Shown piece by piece: positions 53,745 to 64,000 of a stretch of DNA of 64,000 bases. Both the position numbers and the translations under genes were made by a program. The stretch is from contig OZ024740.1 of NCBI GenBank assembly GCA_964016885.1, positions 393,638,001-393,702,000 on the forward strand. The letters run 5' to 3'. The first letter of the stretch is position 1. Every line of letters starts with the position of its first letter. The notes beneath the pieces are model-generated. The model saw only the letters and a program-made list of their open reading frames with translations, was not told where the DNA came from and did no database searches. Source of the stretch: Eledone cirrhosa. Its lineage: Eukaryota.

Positions 53745-53964
53745 CCCTTTAGCATTTACATTACTCTATATCCACTATTGTATTTTCACAGAAAAGGCTT
53801 TACCTTACATAATTATTTCACATAATATCGAATCTATGAGATTTTGATATTATTCATTTTGAGAACAATACCTTAACTTAAGTATGAGTGGCCAGTTACG
53901 GTCTGTTTGAACAGAAGAGGTGAGAGAATTCTGGCCAGATACGCCCGGTTTAAATGCTAAAGGG
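53745..53964 (+). mobile_element. piggyBac-type MITE family A nested in a family B MITE (~53620-54080)
   Basis: TTAA TSDs at 53741-53744 and 53965-53968; perfect TIRs; flanks rejoin into family B sequence. Confidence 0.92.
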
Positions 53965-54643
53965 TTAATAATGAGAAAGCTATATTACTAAATTCCTCCT
54001 AATTCTTGATTATTTCCAAATTGATTTGAAAATTATTGGCAGAGACTTACAATGGAAATATGGTAATAAAAGAGGTGATTATTTAATTGGGTGAACACCC
54101 CTGCAAAATCTGCATCCAGTTACAGTCGATTGTAAACACTTTAAAATGGACAAATTCCTTCACTGTCTACATTTTCTCCACAAATATAACCTTACAGATG
54201 TTCAAGTTCATCAGTCTGAAGGTTATAGATATCACATTCTCTTCAGATATTTTATCTCCAACTATCACCCATAAAGGAACAAACAAGTACATACTAGTTG
54301 TTTATACCAAGTTAGCTCTAATTCAGCAGGGCTATGATGAAAATCATCCCAATCATAACAAAATGTATCATCTTTTTGTATATCTAGTACTACCTTGTCA
54401 AATGTGAACTTCCATTATCAAAGACAATAGAGAGTGATTTGAGAAAGATTTGGTTGCTATTTTTAGCAAATCATGTTATTGCATAGAGTCCCTTATTGAA
54501 TCATTTATACATTAGTAAGTAGTTCTAAGTGCTGCTTACTTTTTAGTGTTCATTTTCTTATCATCCCAACAATGACAATAGCTTTAAGAAGGAATAATGA
54601 AGTCAATTATCTAGAGTTCATTGGTTCCACCCACCCACCTAAT

Positions 54644-54795
54644 GGCGCATGGCTTAGTGGTTAGAGCATTGGGCTTGCAATCGAAAGGTTGTGAGTCCAA
54701 TTCGCGGACCGGGTGATAAGTTGTTTCCTTGAGCAAGATACTTTATTTCACGTTGCTCCAGTTTATTCAGCTGTAGAAATGAGATGATAGGACTG
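54644..54795 (+). mobile_element. SINE family T, head and CORE-like body only
   Basis: ggcgcatggcttagtggttagagcattggg...ctgtagaaatgagatgataggactg. Confidence 0.9.
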
Positions 54796-56922
54796 ATTAA
54801 AATTACCCAAGACACCTCCAATGAGATATACCTTGGAGGAGGCCAGCTAAACCTGCATAGGTGTGAGCTGTCACACACACCCACCCACCTCTCACAAAAA
54901 AACAAACAAACAAACAAAAAAACAGAACCATTACAATAACTGGGAATTTGGCCCACAATGAACTTCAGCAGACTGGCTTTTGCTTCAACTGTGTTAAGGT
55001 CTGCTAAAGATTGGTGTGTCCAAATCCTATGGATATGGAAGTAGCTACAGGCAATGCAAAGATATGTGTGTGTGCATGCATGCGTGTGTGTGCGTGTGTG
55101 TGTGGGCATATGTGTGTGTGTGTTTGTGTGCGCATGTATGTGTGTGGGCATGTATGGGTATGTGTGTTTGTGTGGATGTATGTGTGTGGGCATGTATGGG
55201 TATGTGTGTGTTTGTGTGCATGTATGTTTGTGTGCATATATCACTTGTAGCTTATATCTTAACTCCTGGAGGACGGAAAAGAGTTTAAGTTGAATTTCCA
55301 TTCGCAAGAAAGTTAGGACACTGAGCAAATCTCTCTCTTCTCTCTCACCCCCCCCCCCCCCACACACACACACTGTCTTATCTATATGTTGTCAGAATGA
55401 ATAAAACCCATTATGAATTAAATGAATCATTAGATGGTAAAAGTTCTAATAAGTCTATTTACAGTAACAAATTAGCTCTAGCAGGAATTGGCACGAAGGT
55501 CTGATGAAGGAGGGAAGAAGATGGTAAAGAGTGGTGCCAGATAGAGATAATGCTTGGCAATGGTAGGGCGGGGGTGAATAAGAAGAGGGTTTAATATATT
55601 GGATATTGAGAAAAGAGAGAGGCTGGAAGAGTGAGAAAGAGAGAATATCTGTTCTCTCATGGATAAACAATCATTAAGGAGATGAATTTCCTATACTGAG
55701 AAAAACAAAAATGAAAAAAAAAAAAAAAAGCAAAAAACAAAAAGAAAAAAATACAGCAAAAGTTGGAGGTTGCATTTTTGGAGTAAGACAAAGGGGTCAA
55801 CTTAAAAGCTAGGCCAAATATTGACCCCCCCCCCCATCACCATAATCTGAATAACCAAACAATCTTTGCACCATCACCAACTTTCCAATTGGTCATGAGG
55901 CAACACCGGATATCAATGATAGGAAAGGAGGAGGGGTTTCAATTCTACAGCAAATCCTCCCTCCACCCTCTGTAGATTCTCACTAGTGTCCCACCATCAC
56001 CACTATGGATCTCCCTCCAAGCTACTTGTCATTCTTGTAAATTTAAGGACACTTATGTAAAGCTGATGTCCTTCGGCAATCTCTCTTTACCCCTCTCTCT
56101 CAATCCCTCAGTTCATTTCTCTCTTTCAATTCCTCATTCTTTCTCTATCTCTCTTTCACTTCTTCAATCTCTCTCTCTCTCTCTCTCTTTTACTTACTCA
56201 TTCTATTTCTCTTTCACTTCCTCAGTCTATCGCTTTCTCTCATTTCTTCAGACTATCTTTCTCTCTCATTTCCTCAGTCCATCTCTCTCTATAAATCTTT
56301 CACTCCCCCAGTCCATCTCTCTCTCAGTTTATCTCTCCCTCTCACCTTCCCTTTCTCACTACCCCTCTCTCTCTCTCACACTAAAGTTCCTCTCACCCAC
56401 TCTTTCCTATCTATCAATCCATCACTTTTGTGATCTGGCTATACAACAGCTTGCACATCTGGTAATCATCATTATGATGGTAGATATATTAAAAACAAAC
56501 AAAAAAGATGCAGGCAACTGATAACTCTGTTCCTCACTCTCAGCCCCTCCCTCACCCAACCAATATATTGTAAAAGCAGTAATAGGGACAATAGCAGTAG
56601 TAGTCATAATAATGATGTTGGTGCAGCAAATGCAACAGCAACAAGATGAATGCTGGGTGAAGTTTTAGATTTATGGTTACTTACCACAAGAAACAATATT
56701 AACCTACCCACACAAACAAACATATTCACATGCACACACACGTGAGTACACACACACACATAAGCAAACACATTTATAGTATATACACATCCTCATCATC
56801 ATCTTCATTTAACGTCCATCTTCCACGCTAGCATGGGTTAGATGGGTAGACATAGATATGCATACACACAAATATGCAAATAGTTATATGCACACACATA
56901 CACATAAATGTATATATATGGA

Positions 56923-57303
56923 GGCACATGGCTTAGTGGTTAGAGCATTGGCCTTGCAATCGAAAGGTTGTGAGTTCAATTCTCAGACCGGGTGATGTGT
57001 TGTTTCCTTGAGCAAGACACTTTATTTCACATTGCTTCAGTTTACTCAGCTGTAGAAATGAGATGATAGGGACTGGGGTCCCTATCATTCCACTGCAAAG
57101 TGGTCGTTGAGGTGCCATGACAAAAAAGCACCCAGTCCATACTGTAAAGTGGATGTGTAGGTGCCACGGAAAAAAAGCACCCAGCACTCACTGTAAATGA
57201 GGTTGGTGTTAGGAAGGGCATCCAGCTGTAGAAATCAAGCCAGAATTGGTTCCCGTCCCACTCTTGCAAGCAGGGAAAAGCGGACGTAAAATGATGATGA
57301 TGA
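56923..57303 (+). mobile_element. SINE family T with RTE family C terminal tail
   Basis: Ends cccgtcccactcttgcaagcagggaaaagcggacgtaaa(atg)n. Confidence 0.92.
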
Positions 57304-57342
57304 TATGCAATGTCATACATACTTATATACAAATAGACATAT

Positions 57343-57377
<35 letters not shown>

Positions 57378-57694
57378 TATACATACAGATAAATAATCCA
57401 TCTTCCATGCTAGCATATAAAGCACCCATCCCATGCTGTAAAGTGGTCATGTAGGAGTCATGACAAAAAGCATCCAGCACACACTGTAAATGTGGTTGGT
57501 GTTAGGAAGGGCATCTAGCTGTAGAAATCTAACCAGAAGCAGTTATTTATGAGCAAACACAGTCACTTGACCCAACGTGCCTCAAATGGGACAACCCATC
57601 TAACCCATGCTAGCGTGGAAAGCAAAAGTTAAATGATGATGGTATAAAATGTATTAAAATAATCAGGATAGATTACATTAAATTATTCAATTTA

Positions 57695-57765
57695 TTTACA
57701 AACGTTTCTATCAATGCAGTAAGAAAATACATTTTTGACTCTGTACTGATTTCTTCAGAACCTAA
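57695..57765 (-). ncRNA. Hammerhead-like motif, antisense to and upstream of the PLE RT remnant
   Basis: Minus strand CTGAAGA (57758-57752), stem II atcagtacag/ctgcattgat, GAAA followed by palindromic AACGTT; stem I decayed. Confidence 0.5.
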
Positions 57766-57869
57766 TAAACAATATAAATAATGTAATTGGTAGAAAGGGA
57801 ATTATTCTACAGTTCAAAGAGTACTATTTTAAGAAATGGGAGTATCTGTTGTAATGAAAAAAAATAAAA

Positions 57870-60050
57870 AAGCAGCAAGTAAAATCCATATGGACCTAGC
57901 TATTTGATTTTGGGCTAAGATAGTAAAGATAGAGTCAGTTGACAACTTTAGATTTGACAATCAGCAACACAGTAGTAAATTCCTGCAAAATCTCCAATCA
58001 ATTATGTACAGACTTAGAAAAATGGAAGGAATACTTGTCTGAGCTGACATAATGGGCAATATATACTCTCTGGACATTAATACTTATAAAAACGTTATAC
58101 TTAACCCTTTAGCATTTAAACCGGCTGTATCTGGCCAGAATTTTCTCACCTCTTTCTGTTCAAACCAGCTGTAATCAGCCACTCATACTGATGTTAAGGC
58201 ATCGTTCTCCAAATAAATAATATCAAAATCTCATAGATTCGATATTATGCAAGATAATTATGTGAGGTAAAGCCTTTACCACAAAAATATAATAGTAAAT
58301 ATAGAGTAATGTAATGCTAAAGGGTTAAGGAATTACAAAAGAACTTTTAAAAAATCTTCCATTGGTAATATCAACAATAAAGGTCTGGCGATAGTAAATA
58401 GCTGGCTGACTGAACTGAACCATATGAACCTAGATAGCCAACTTTTAACTTAAAAGATCATAAGAATAACTTTGTATCCAGCCCTTCAATTAGATTAATA
58501 TGCTCCTCTAAATTGGATATAGGTTGTATTAGTAAAAGGATATAGTATTAATTCAAATAAGAAATAGATTGTCAATTAAACTTTGGAGCAACACTGACTA
58601 GGTTATCAACTGGTTTACTAAGATAGAAGACAAACAAAGATCCAATTTCATACAGTTTGATATTCATGACTATTATCAATTTCACTTGTTCTTCTCAACA
58701 AGGCTCTTGTATTTGCTATGCATAACTCTGACTTAACTAAGTATGAGGTTGACATAGTTGTAGTTGCTAGAAGTTCAGTCATAGTGTTTGATAATGAATA
58801 CAGTACACGTAGGGATAGAACTAATGATTTTGATATAACCATGGAGTCTGGTGACTTGGCCCAGGTTACAGACTTGGTCAGAATTTACCTAACACAACTT
58901 CCATATTGAATTTGTTGACCTCCAATGAGGTATATATAGAGATGTTCTTTTATTAGTTAAGTATTTCAATGGTCAACAGTTAGAACAAAGAAGGAAAGAT
59001 CCTTCTTTAAGCATATGGGCCTAAAAGTTTGAACATAATTATAAGCTAGCTAATCATCTAGATGTTACCCTTGATCTCAACTCTAGTCTCTATGAATCTC
59101 ACCATAAATATAATGAAACTCTAACATATATTAGCTGATATTCTAATCACTGTTGATCCATAATAAACTCCATCACCAGAGGTGTATCTAAAGGATTTTC
59201 AAACTTTCAACTTCCATAAGTATATTTAATGCACATGCAAATTACTCAATGCAGCACTGCCGAAAGCTGGTTATGAGGCTGGAATAGAAATATTCCTAAT
59301 GTAACAGTTGATTGAGGATATCATCACCAACCTCTGAAACCCTCCATAACTAGGATGAAAACATCACACACACACTGTTATAAGTCAGGTAAAAATATTA
59401 ACCCCACTGAGATAAATTTTTGAGTTATACCGGTTGAAAAAAATTGATAACTCTTGAATAAACTCCCTAGCTGGAAAAATACATGGAAGATCCCCAAATA
59501 GGTCATACCTATGGTATAATCCTCTCTATAATAGCTTAGTTAAGACTAAATTACTTTATACCTTCTTTAAATTATTAGATAAAAACTTTCTTCCATCATA
59601 TAGGTACCACAAAATCTTAAATAGAAAAAACTAAAACTCTCATACTCTATTACAACTAATTTGGAAAGCCTTATAGAAGAATAAAGACTACACACCTCCA
59701 CAAACACAATAATAATACTCAAACTTCAACTCGAAACACTAATCTGTCTTCATCTGAATTTACTACACTCTACCAAACCAATAGTATTAAAAATGATGGT
59801 GTGATTGTTCACTGGAAAGTAAATACATGCTTAAAAATATTGAATACAATTTCTGACTCAACTATGGAATACATTGGCCAAATGAGCAGCAGTTTTAAAA
59901 CAATTCTACTTACACACACTTGTTTAGAAATATAGCCAGATCGAAAGTAATTTTATTATCTAAACATATTTCATAATTAAAATTCTGAACTATTAACTGA
60001 AGTGGAGTATTGTAGCCAAAGTCAAACTCTACAGGAAAACAAGTGTAATT
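57870..60050 (+). mobile_element. Decayed Penelope-like element (RT and endonuclease), Naiad-like type, interrupted by a MITE
   Basis: Fragments LKDHKNNFVSSPSIRLI, SKLDIGCISK, VINWFTKIEDK..FIQFDIHDYY, LLNKALVFA, FDITMESGDLAQVTDLV, GIYRD, LDVTLDL, WYNPLYNSLVKT..LLDKNF..YRYHKILNR; many frameshifts and stops. Confidence 0.85.
58105..58324 (-). mobile_element. piggyBac-type MITE family A, reverse orientation, inside PLE RT
   Basis: TTAA at 58101-58104 and 58325-58328; TIRs CCCTTTAGCATT / AATGCTAAAGGG. Confidence 0.95.
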
Positions 60051-61674
60051 GTGACTTCTGAACTACACACATATACACACAGACATACGCATATTGGGTA
60101 AGGTCAAAATAATCCTATGATTTCTATCCCAACCAAGGTTTTCAATTGTTTCATATAGAGCAGACAAGTAGAATATTCCAACATTTAGACTGAATTATAC
60201 CCAGAAATGTTATTTCTTTTTATACATTGCATCTGTTTGCCTGAAAGGCGAGATGACTTTTATGATGAAGTATTGTAAACATTATTAACGTGCTTCGAAT
60301 ATGGATTTGTAGATATAAATGTGTAAAGGTTAATAGTTATAGAATATACCAATAGAATTTATGATTCACAGAAGAACATGTAACAAAACATTGGGCATGC
60401 TGTCAAAACCAGAGGGGTGCTGAGGGTTTTGTTGCTTTTTTTTTTTTTTTTTTCACGAATATGGATAACCACCAGGCATTAAATATACATGTAAGTGTTT
60501 GCATATTTGAATTCATGTATGTGTTATTGATATTTGTTCTGTCAGAAAGCATTTATATGAATGTGCTTCTTCTAAATATAATGTGACTATATATCTACAG
60601 TGAAAGAAATTTATCTGTATGAATAAACTTCCCACAGATGTTTTTAAATACAAGTTTACATGCTTGCATGAGATGTGATACAGTATATGGTAAATGTATG
60701 TATTATAATTATTTTAGTATATAAAATATACATAGAACATTCTGAAGGTCATTTTTTCCCCATACAATGACTATATGTGAACAGAGTTAAAATAAATAAA
60801 TAAATATTGACCAAAAGTATTTTAAAATCAGTTGAGAGAACAAACCTACATCATTGACTGGTTTGAAAACATTTGAACCTCAGGAGTTTTACTAAAAACA
60901 AGATGGCAATCTGAAAAATTACTTAGTGTGTATTTTAAATATTACATTTTGCCATCAGTTTTAGGTATGTGCACCAAATTGAAGACACAACACTAGTATA
61001 TTTATATGATTTTTTGTATAAACATTTGATGTCTAGTACCATCTTCTATGTTATGTTCCTGGCAGACCAAATATGTGTGTGATACAGGTTTAATTCTCAG
61101 TTGCAACCATTCGACTTACTCTGCTAATATCATCATTATTGTTTTACATCCATTTTCCATGTCAGCATGGGTTTGACAGATCATCATGTTCTGAGATTAG
61201 ATATGTCAGATAACTGCATCCTGCTCATATGTTCCAGTTTCTGTGGCTGGATGCTCTTCCTAATGTCAATCACCTTACAGGATGTATTGGGTGTATTTTA
61301 TTGTGACACCAGCACTACTCCTTTACAGTGTGGACTGGGCACATTTTATCATGACACCAACACTGCACTTTTACTGCATGGACTATGAGTGTTTTATCAT
61401 GGCACCAGTACTGTCACTTTATAGATTGGTCTGAGTGCATTTTATCATAGCACCAGCACTAGAGAGGTTCTCAGTCATTGACTCAACTTTGAGTGGAAAA
61501 GCAGATACTTTGTTCTGGGGAACCATGTTTTGGGTGTGAGAACGGGAGAAGAGTGGCACATATGATGTTATGTGTGTAAGACAAGTGTGATTGGATTTGT
61601 TAGGGTGATGTGAGAGAGACAAGAGATAGGAATGATCAACAATAGAATGGGGTGTACAGTGATGATGTGAATAG

Positions 61675-61951
61675 CTAGTGCGGGAGAGAAGACTGCAATG
61701 GTATGGACATGTGATGCGCATGGAGGATGACCGCTGGGTAAAGAAGTGCCAAGAAATGCCAGTAGAAAGAAGACGCAGTAGAGGAAGACCACGAAAAACA
61801 TGGGCGGAGGTGGTGAGAGCAGACCTCAAATTGCTGAAGCTCACGGAGGAGATGACAAAGGACCATGACAAGTGGAGAGATGCTGTGCTGAATAGGACCC
61901 GTCCCACCTTTGCAAGCAGGGAAAAGCGGACGTAAAATGATGATGATGATG
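61675..61951 (+). mobile_element. RTE LINE family C 3' fragment
   Basis: RERRLQWYGHVMRMEDDRWVKKCQEMPV...GRPRKTW...AVLNRTRPT; (ATG)n tail; matches 13350-13633. Confidence 0.92.
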
Positions 61952-62324
61952 GGAGTGATCTCAGATGGAGTGAAATACAATGATGATTAGAGTAGTTATG
62001 AAAGAGTGAATGGATATGAATGGGACAAGACAAAGAATAAGCGAGAGGTGGGGTGAGGTAGCAAACACTGTTGGTATATTCAGGAACATTTATTTCAGAA
62101 ATGGTAGATTCTCTGGCAAAATGCCTTGCAGTATCTTACATTCTGAGTTCAAATCCTGCTGAGGTCAACTTTGCCTATTATCCTTCCATAAAGCAGCAAT
62201 CTAGGACAGTGGGCTGGTGGAGCATCAGTTAGGATGTCTTATAGTATTTGTTGTTTTTTTGTTTTGTTTTTTATTAAAAAGAAAAAAAAAAAATGTTCTG
62301 CTCTGGTCCATATAAGAAAAAGAT

Positions 62325-62657
62325 GGCACATGGCTTAGTGGTTAGAGCATTGGCCTTGCAATCGAAAGGTTGTGAGTTCAATTCTCAGACTGGGTGATGT
62401 GTTGTTTCCTTGAGCAAGACACTTTATTTCACATTGCTCCAGTTTACTCAGCTGTAGAAATGAGATGATAGGGACTGGGGTCCCTATCATTCCACTGCAA
62501 AGTGGTCGTGGAGGTGCCACGGCAAAAAAGCACCCAGCACTCACTGTAAATGAGGTTGGTGTTAGGAAGGGCATCCAGCTGTAGAAATCAAGCCAGAATC
62601 AGTTCCCGTCCCACCCTTGCAAGCAGGGAAAGGTGGACGTAAAATGAAATGAAATGA
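62325..62657 (+). mobile_element. SINE family T with RTE family C terminal tail
   Basis: Same head as 45438 and 56923; ends cccgtcccacccttgcaagcagggaaaggtggacgtaaaatga. Confidence 0.92.
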
Positions 62658-62981
62658 AGACATTATATAATGTTTAACTATTCTGAATTCAAGTATCCCA
62701 ATCCCAACTTCATTTTATATTCCTTCAGAAAATAAAATAAATACAATGAAAAGAACTGACTGGCTATAAGAGTTATAGGACTTACTAACACGTAGGTCTT
62801 GTGTCTAGACATTTTGTCATTGTTTAACCCCAGGTCAGTCATGATCAAGTGGACCTACACATATAATCAAAGGTGTTTCAGTTATAACCAACCCATTTTT
62901 TAAAAAAATCATTGTGCACCTCAAACTAAGTTATTATCCATTGTGTCCTTTCCAGTTTTGAAATGTTAGTGTGTTATTTAA

Positions 62982-63202
62982 CCCTTTAGCATTTGCATTA
63001 TTCTATATATACTATTGTATTTTTGTGGTAAAGGCTTTATCTTACATAATTATCTCACATAATATCGAATCTACGAGATTTTGATGTTATTTATTTTAAG
63101 AACAATACCTTAACGTCAGTATGAGCAGCCAGTTATGGCCAGTTTCAGCAGAGAGAGGTGAGAGAATTCTGGCTGGATACGGCCAGTTTAAATGCTAAAG
63201 GG
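62982..63202 (+). mobile_element. piggyBac-type MITE family A nested in family R repeat
   Basis: TTAA TSDs at 62978-62981 and 63203-63206; flanks rejoin as gtgttatttaagggaaatttggctgctatttc. Confidence 0.93.
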
Positions 63203-64000
63203 TTAAGGGAAATTTGGCTGCTATTTCCAGCAGCTCCATTTAACAACATAGAGGTTCAATCATTGCTGTGAGAGTCAGAAAGTATTTTAAGCTGGTGTAT
63301 TTTTGTACCTTGATTGGAGGAGCCAAGGCTTTGAATTACAGCAGTTTGTACTAATGTTACAGATGGTGTGATCACTACACTAAAGTTCATTAGATTGTGA
63401 AAGCTGCCATTTATGTTTATTTAAGGAAGTTTATTATCTCTCATCTGCTTAATGCTATGGGTGAGAGAGACTATGTAGCTACAATCTGGCTCTTAAAAAA
63501 TAACTTTGCCAACTGAAGACATTTGCTTTTACATTCAGATAAGAAATTATGACTGTTGAATGACACTAACTTAGATCAAGAGGATATCTCACAACAGATT
63601 TTTCTGAATGTCCATTTTGTGTAATATATGAAATGAGCATTAGCTTATCTTTATTTTCATGAGGTTATTAATGTTTAGCACTAACTCAGCTCTCATCAAG
63701 TTGACCCATGGCCTGAAAGTTTTCCAGCCATGACTGTCCAATCATTTTTTTTTTCTTTTTAAACTCAGCCTTACCTTCTTTTTTAAAGATTGTATGAGGC
63801 AGATTTAGTTGCTGAGAGATGCATTCAGAGAAGTGAACTCTCACAAGGATTAAGAAATTGAGAGACATCTTTTTACCACTTAGAGGATGATGGCCATGTC
63901 CATGATCCTTTTTAGGGCCTCAGATTGTTAGGAGAGAGAGAGAGATAAGAAAGCATCTTCAAACTAGTGACCTGGTCTGGGTGTTTGCAGCAGAGTGGAC

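Noticed and set aside
48700-64000. Search for TMEM135 exon 1 (and exon 4 onward in 1-12596)
   Set aside because: No convincing match found by eye; these exons probably lie outside the window, though a very short exon could have been missed.

Overview
AT-rich, microsatellite- and transposon-dense eukaryotic DNA. The repeat repertoire suggests an octopus/coleoid cephalopod; this is inference only. The only host gene I can support is a TMEM135 orthologue on the minus strand. Two internal coding exons (48572-48699, 128 nt; 12597-12689, 93 nt) have canonical AG/GT sites and compatible phase, and flank a ~35.9-kb intron. I did not find exon 1 or exon 4 onward in the window. The rest is intronic and dominated by transposable elements. 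These include at least three RTE-clade LINE families (several young, near-identical copies with a PHD-like Cys cluster inside the RT), three Penelope-like element (PLE) remnants each with a hammerhead-ribozyme-like motif, three tRNA-derived SINE families, two TTAA-flanked piggyBac-type MITE families, hAT MITEs, mariner remnants and long (TA/CA)n or purine tracts. Nearly all ORFs in the supplied track are microsatellite or antisense-TE artefacts. There are no prokaryotic systems or CRISPR arrays. The most interesting items are the PLE hammerheads (one with a retained-intron-like pLTR), a SINE that swaps 3' tails between two LINE partners, a 42.7-47 kb cluster of inverted LINE/SINE copies able to form long dsRNA in the TMEM135 pre-mRNA, a candidate poison exon, and a unique-sequence hairpin at ~34.4 kb. 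I see no strong evidence for a wholly new biological system.
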